Positions 61,890-64,000 of a stretch of 64,000 nucleotides of DNA are shown one piece after another. Source of the stretch: Candidatus Bathyarchaeota archaeon (GTDB taxonomy: Archaea > Thermoproteota > Bathyarchaeia > Bathyarchaeales > Bathycorpusculaceae); NCBI GenBank assembly GCA_963775685.1, contig CAVZJV010000014.1, positions 1,696,001 to 1,760,000 of the forward strand, read 5' to 3'. A program made the translations under genes and the position numbers. Under the pieces are notes generated by a model, which was given only the letters and a program-made list of their open reading frames with translations, had not been told where the DNA came from and made no database searches. Position 1 is the first letter of the stretch; every line of letters begins with the position of its first letter.

Positions 61890-63371
61890 TTACGGCTGGA
61901 CTTCTTCAGATTCGTAAATCCTGTTTTTCTCTTCATAGCCTTCGAGGAAACGTTTTTTCATGACATCAGACATTTTCTGCGCACACAGCGTCGGGTACTT
62001 GCCAGTGACGCAGGCTAAGCAAAGTTGGTTTTCGGTTTGTCCTGTGGCCCCGATTAAGCCCTCCAACGACTGGTAGCATACGGCGTCGGCGCCGATAATT
62101 TTGGCGATTTCTTCAGGATTATTTCGAGATCCGATAAGCTGCCCATAAGTGGACATGTCGATCCCGTAGAAACAGGGTCCGATGATTCGCGGGAAAGTCA
62201 CGAAAAGATACACTTTTTTGGCGCCTGCCTTGCGGAGTTTTTCTATAATGACTTTGGTGGTGTCGCCGCGGACAACGCTGTCTTCGGTTATTATAACTCG
62301 TTTGCCTGCTACTTTGCTGCCGAGAATGTTGATTTTTTTGTCGATAGTTGAGTAGCGTTCGTTGTTGAGCAATATGAAGGCACGTTCGGTTACGTAGCGG
62401 TGGCGTCTTGAGGCACGTTCCCATCTTAGACCTGACGCTTCATGGACTCCCATTGCTGGGTCGTCGCCGGTTTCAGGCACCGACATGATGATGTCGCTGT
62501 CTTTTACGATTTCTGGGAATTCTTTAACAAGGTTTCTTCCGAATTCTTCTCGGATTTCGTAGACGTATTTGCCGTCAAAACGTGAGTCGGGTCTTGCAAA
62601 ATAAGCGTATTCGAAACAGCAGAAGGCTTCACGTGGATTCTCTATGATTTGGGTGCGTTTGAAGCCGTTTTCCGAAACCGTCACGAGCTCGCCGGGTTTC
62701 AACTCGAAGTCTCTCACAAAACTATTCATGTCTAAGCTTACGGTTTCAGAGGAAAAAGCGAAAGTTTTGCCTTCAGGGTCATGTCCAGCGCACAATGGCT
62801 TTATGCCATAGGGGTCTTTGAAGGCAAAGAATTGGCCATCGCCTGTTATGCCTGTTACGGAGAATGCGCCGTCCAAGGTTTTCATAACGGTGCCAGCTGC
62901 AGAGGTTAAGTCTTGACCCTGTTTTAAGGCAAGGAGCATTTTATGGCACACAATGTCAGAGTCGCAGTTGTAAAGAAAATCAGAAAAGTTTTGGTTCATC
63001 TCTTTTTTGAGCGGCAACGTGTTAACGATGTTGCCGTTAAAGGAGAGGGCAAGTTTTATTCTGCCTGAGGAGGCAAGGACAGGTTGTGTTCCGTCGATTA
63101 TGGAGACGTCGTCGCATTTGCCTGAGGTTGTGTAGCGTACATTACCGATGCCGATGGATCCAGGTAGACGTGCGAACCATTCAATTATTACGCTTGTTTT
63201 CAGTTTTGGGACAAGATCAAGTGCTTTGTAGGTATAAAATTGGTTATTGTTGCTTGTTAGGAAACCGTGTGATTGGTGTCCTCGATGATTTTGGGCTCGT
63301 AGTCCCCAGTAAACATAAGGGAAAACGGGTTTTTTATCGTAATTTATTGCACCAAAGATACCGCAGCCTAT
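61890..63371 (-). CDS. purF: Amidophosphoribosyltransferase; the frame extends to CGIFG at 63365 with no canonical start (ATA at 63371 is the candidate)
   Basis: CGIFG, NHRGH, RYTT, NGN, CCFEYAYFARPDS, EDSVVRG.T, CFYGID, CLAC. Confidence 0.93.
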   Translation of the reverse strand: MGCGIFGAINYDKKPVFPYVYWGLRAQNHRGHQSHGFLTSNNNQFYTYKALDLVPKLKTSVIIEWFARLPGSIGIGNVRYTTSGKCDDVSIIDGTQPVLASSGRIKLALSFNGNIVNTLPLKKEMNQNFSDFLYNCDSDIVCHKMLLALKQGQDLTSAAGTVMKTLDGAFSVTGITGDGQFFAFKDPYGIKPLCAGHDPEGKTFAFSSETVSLDMNSFVRDFELKPGELVTVSENGFKRTQIIENPREAFCCFEYAYFARPDSRFDGKYVYEIREEFGRNLVKEFPEIVKDSDIIMSVPETGDDPAMGVHEASGLRWERASRRHRYVTERAFILLNNERYSTIDKKINILGSKVAGKRVIITEDSVVRGDTTKVIIEKLRKAGAKKVYLFVTFPRIIGPCFYGIDMSTYGQLIGSRNNPEEIAKIIGADAVCYQSLEGLIGATGQTENQLCLACVTGKYPTLCAQKMSDVMKKRFLEGYEEKNRIYESEEVQP

Positions 63372-63556
63372 CTTCCAGTCCCTTCTAGCAGTAAATGCTC
63401 ATTTATTGAAAGAAGGGGTTTATACGCTTTTAGTACAAATTTAGGTAAAAAACATGTGGTTTTTAACATAATAAGATTGAAAGCAAACAAGTAAGCAAAG
63501 ACGGTAGTTTTAAAAATACTAACGGTTCACATGAGTTAAAAGCAGGTGGCGATTGC

Positions 63557-63690
63557 TTGACTTCAACTTTGGGAGAACTAGCCATTGAAACATCAAACCT
63601 CATAAAAGTCTATAAAGAAGGAAAAATCAAAGCCGTAGACGGACTCAATCTAAAAAAATAGGAAAGGGCGAAATCTACGCCCTAATCGGC
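63557..63690 (+). pseudogene. N-terminal fragment of an ABC transporter ATPase
   Basis: AIETSNLIKVY...AVDGLNLK.(fs).GEIYALIG, ending before Walker A. Confidence 0.65.
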
Positions 63691-63759
63691 GTTCATCACC
63701 GGAATCGAATTGTTGTTCTTTGAGGTAGCAGTTTCTACGGTGAAAGATAGAATGACAGA

Positions 63760-64000
63760 TTAAAATGATTTTTGCATATATTCCAGCAAACTAAAATGGT
63801 TGCCTTCTGGGTCAAGCGCCAGCGCCCACCAGCCTAAACCCGGAATCTCCATCTTCGATACCACGATTTTGCCGCCTAAGTCTACAACCTTCTTGCTGTA
63901 CTCCTCCACCGACTCCACCGAGATGTAGTTTGTCGGCTTAGCGAGCTCTGGCATCGAGAAATCCTTTTTCGCATAAAGTCCACCATTGACGCCCGGTCGA
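63760..64000 (-). CDS. VOC/glyoxalase family protein (partial, starts beyond the window)
   Basis: GVNGG...YISVESV...GGKIV...IPG.GW.A...DPEGN.F. Confidence 0.85.
   Translation of the reverse strand, partial: RPGVNGGLYAKKDFSMPELAKPTNYISVESVEEYSKKVVDLGGKIVVSKMEIPGLGWWALALDPEGNHFSLLEYMQKSF

Noticed and set aside
61890-63017. purF as a truncated 375-aa pseudogene
   Set aside because: The frame is open upstream to the catalytic Cys; the ORF caller only lacked a canonical start

Overview
Archaeal chromosomal segment, most consistent with Candidatus Bathyarchaeia (TACK). Evidence: TFB, Gar1, Alba, L7Ae/S28e/L24e/L40e, an Elf1-like protein, H4MPT C1 enzymes, GGTG/GGAG ribosome-binding motifs and many TTG/GTG starts. 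Contents: alpha-glucan genes (GT4s, GH57), bacterial-type gap plus pgk, hypA with ATPase-type hypB, EndoQ, TldD/PmbA, two cyclophilins, two intronless tRNA-Gly genes beside AT-rich variable regions with decayed genes, rtcB/archease, adk, an NAD(P)-type methylene-H4MPT dehydrogenase, a DAP lysine operon, aspS and a purine cluster. The most striking observation is a HAD-like + Ftr-paralog + PfkB-kinase trio, resembling methanogen 'ehaR-ehaS-ehaT', translationally coupled behind purD where purN/purT would be expected. It is a candidate undescribed H4MPT-dependent route for GAR formylation. Several +1 homopolymer frameshifts suggest sequencing error. All family calls come from motif recognition and memory; no searches were run.
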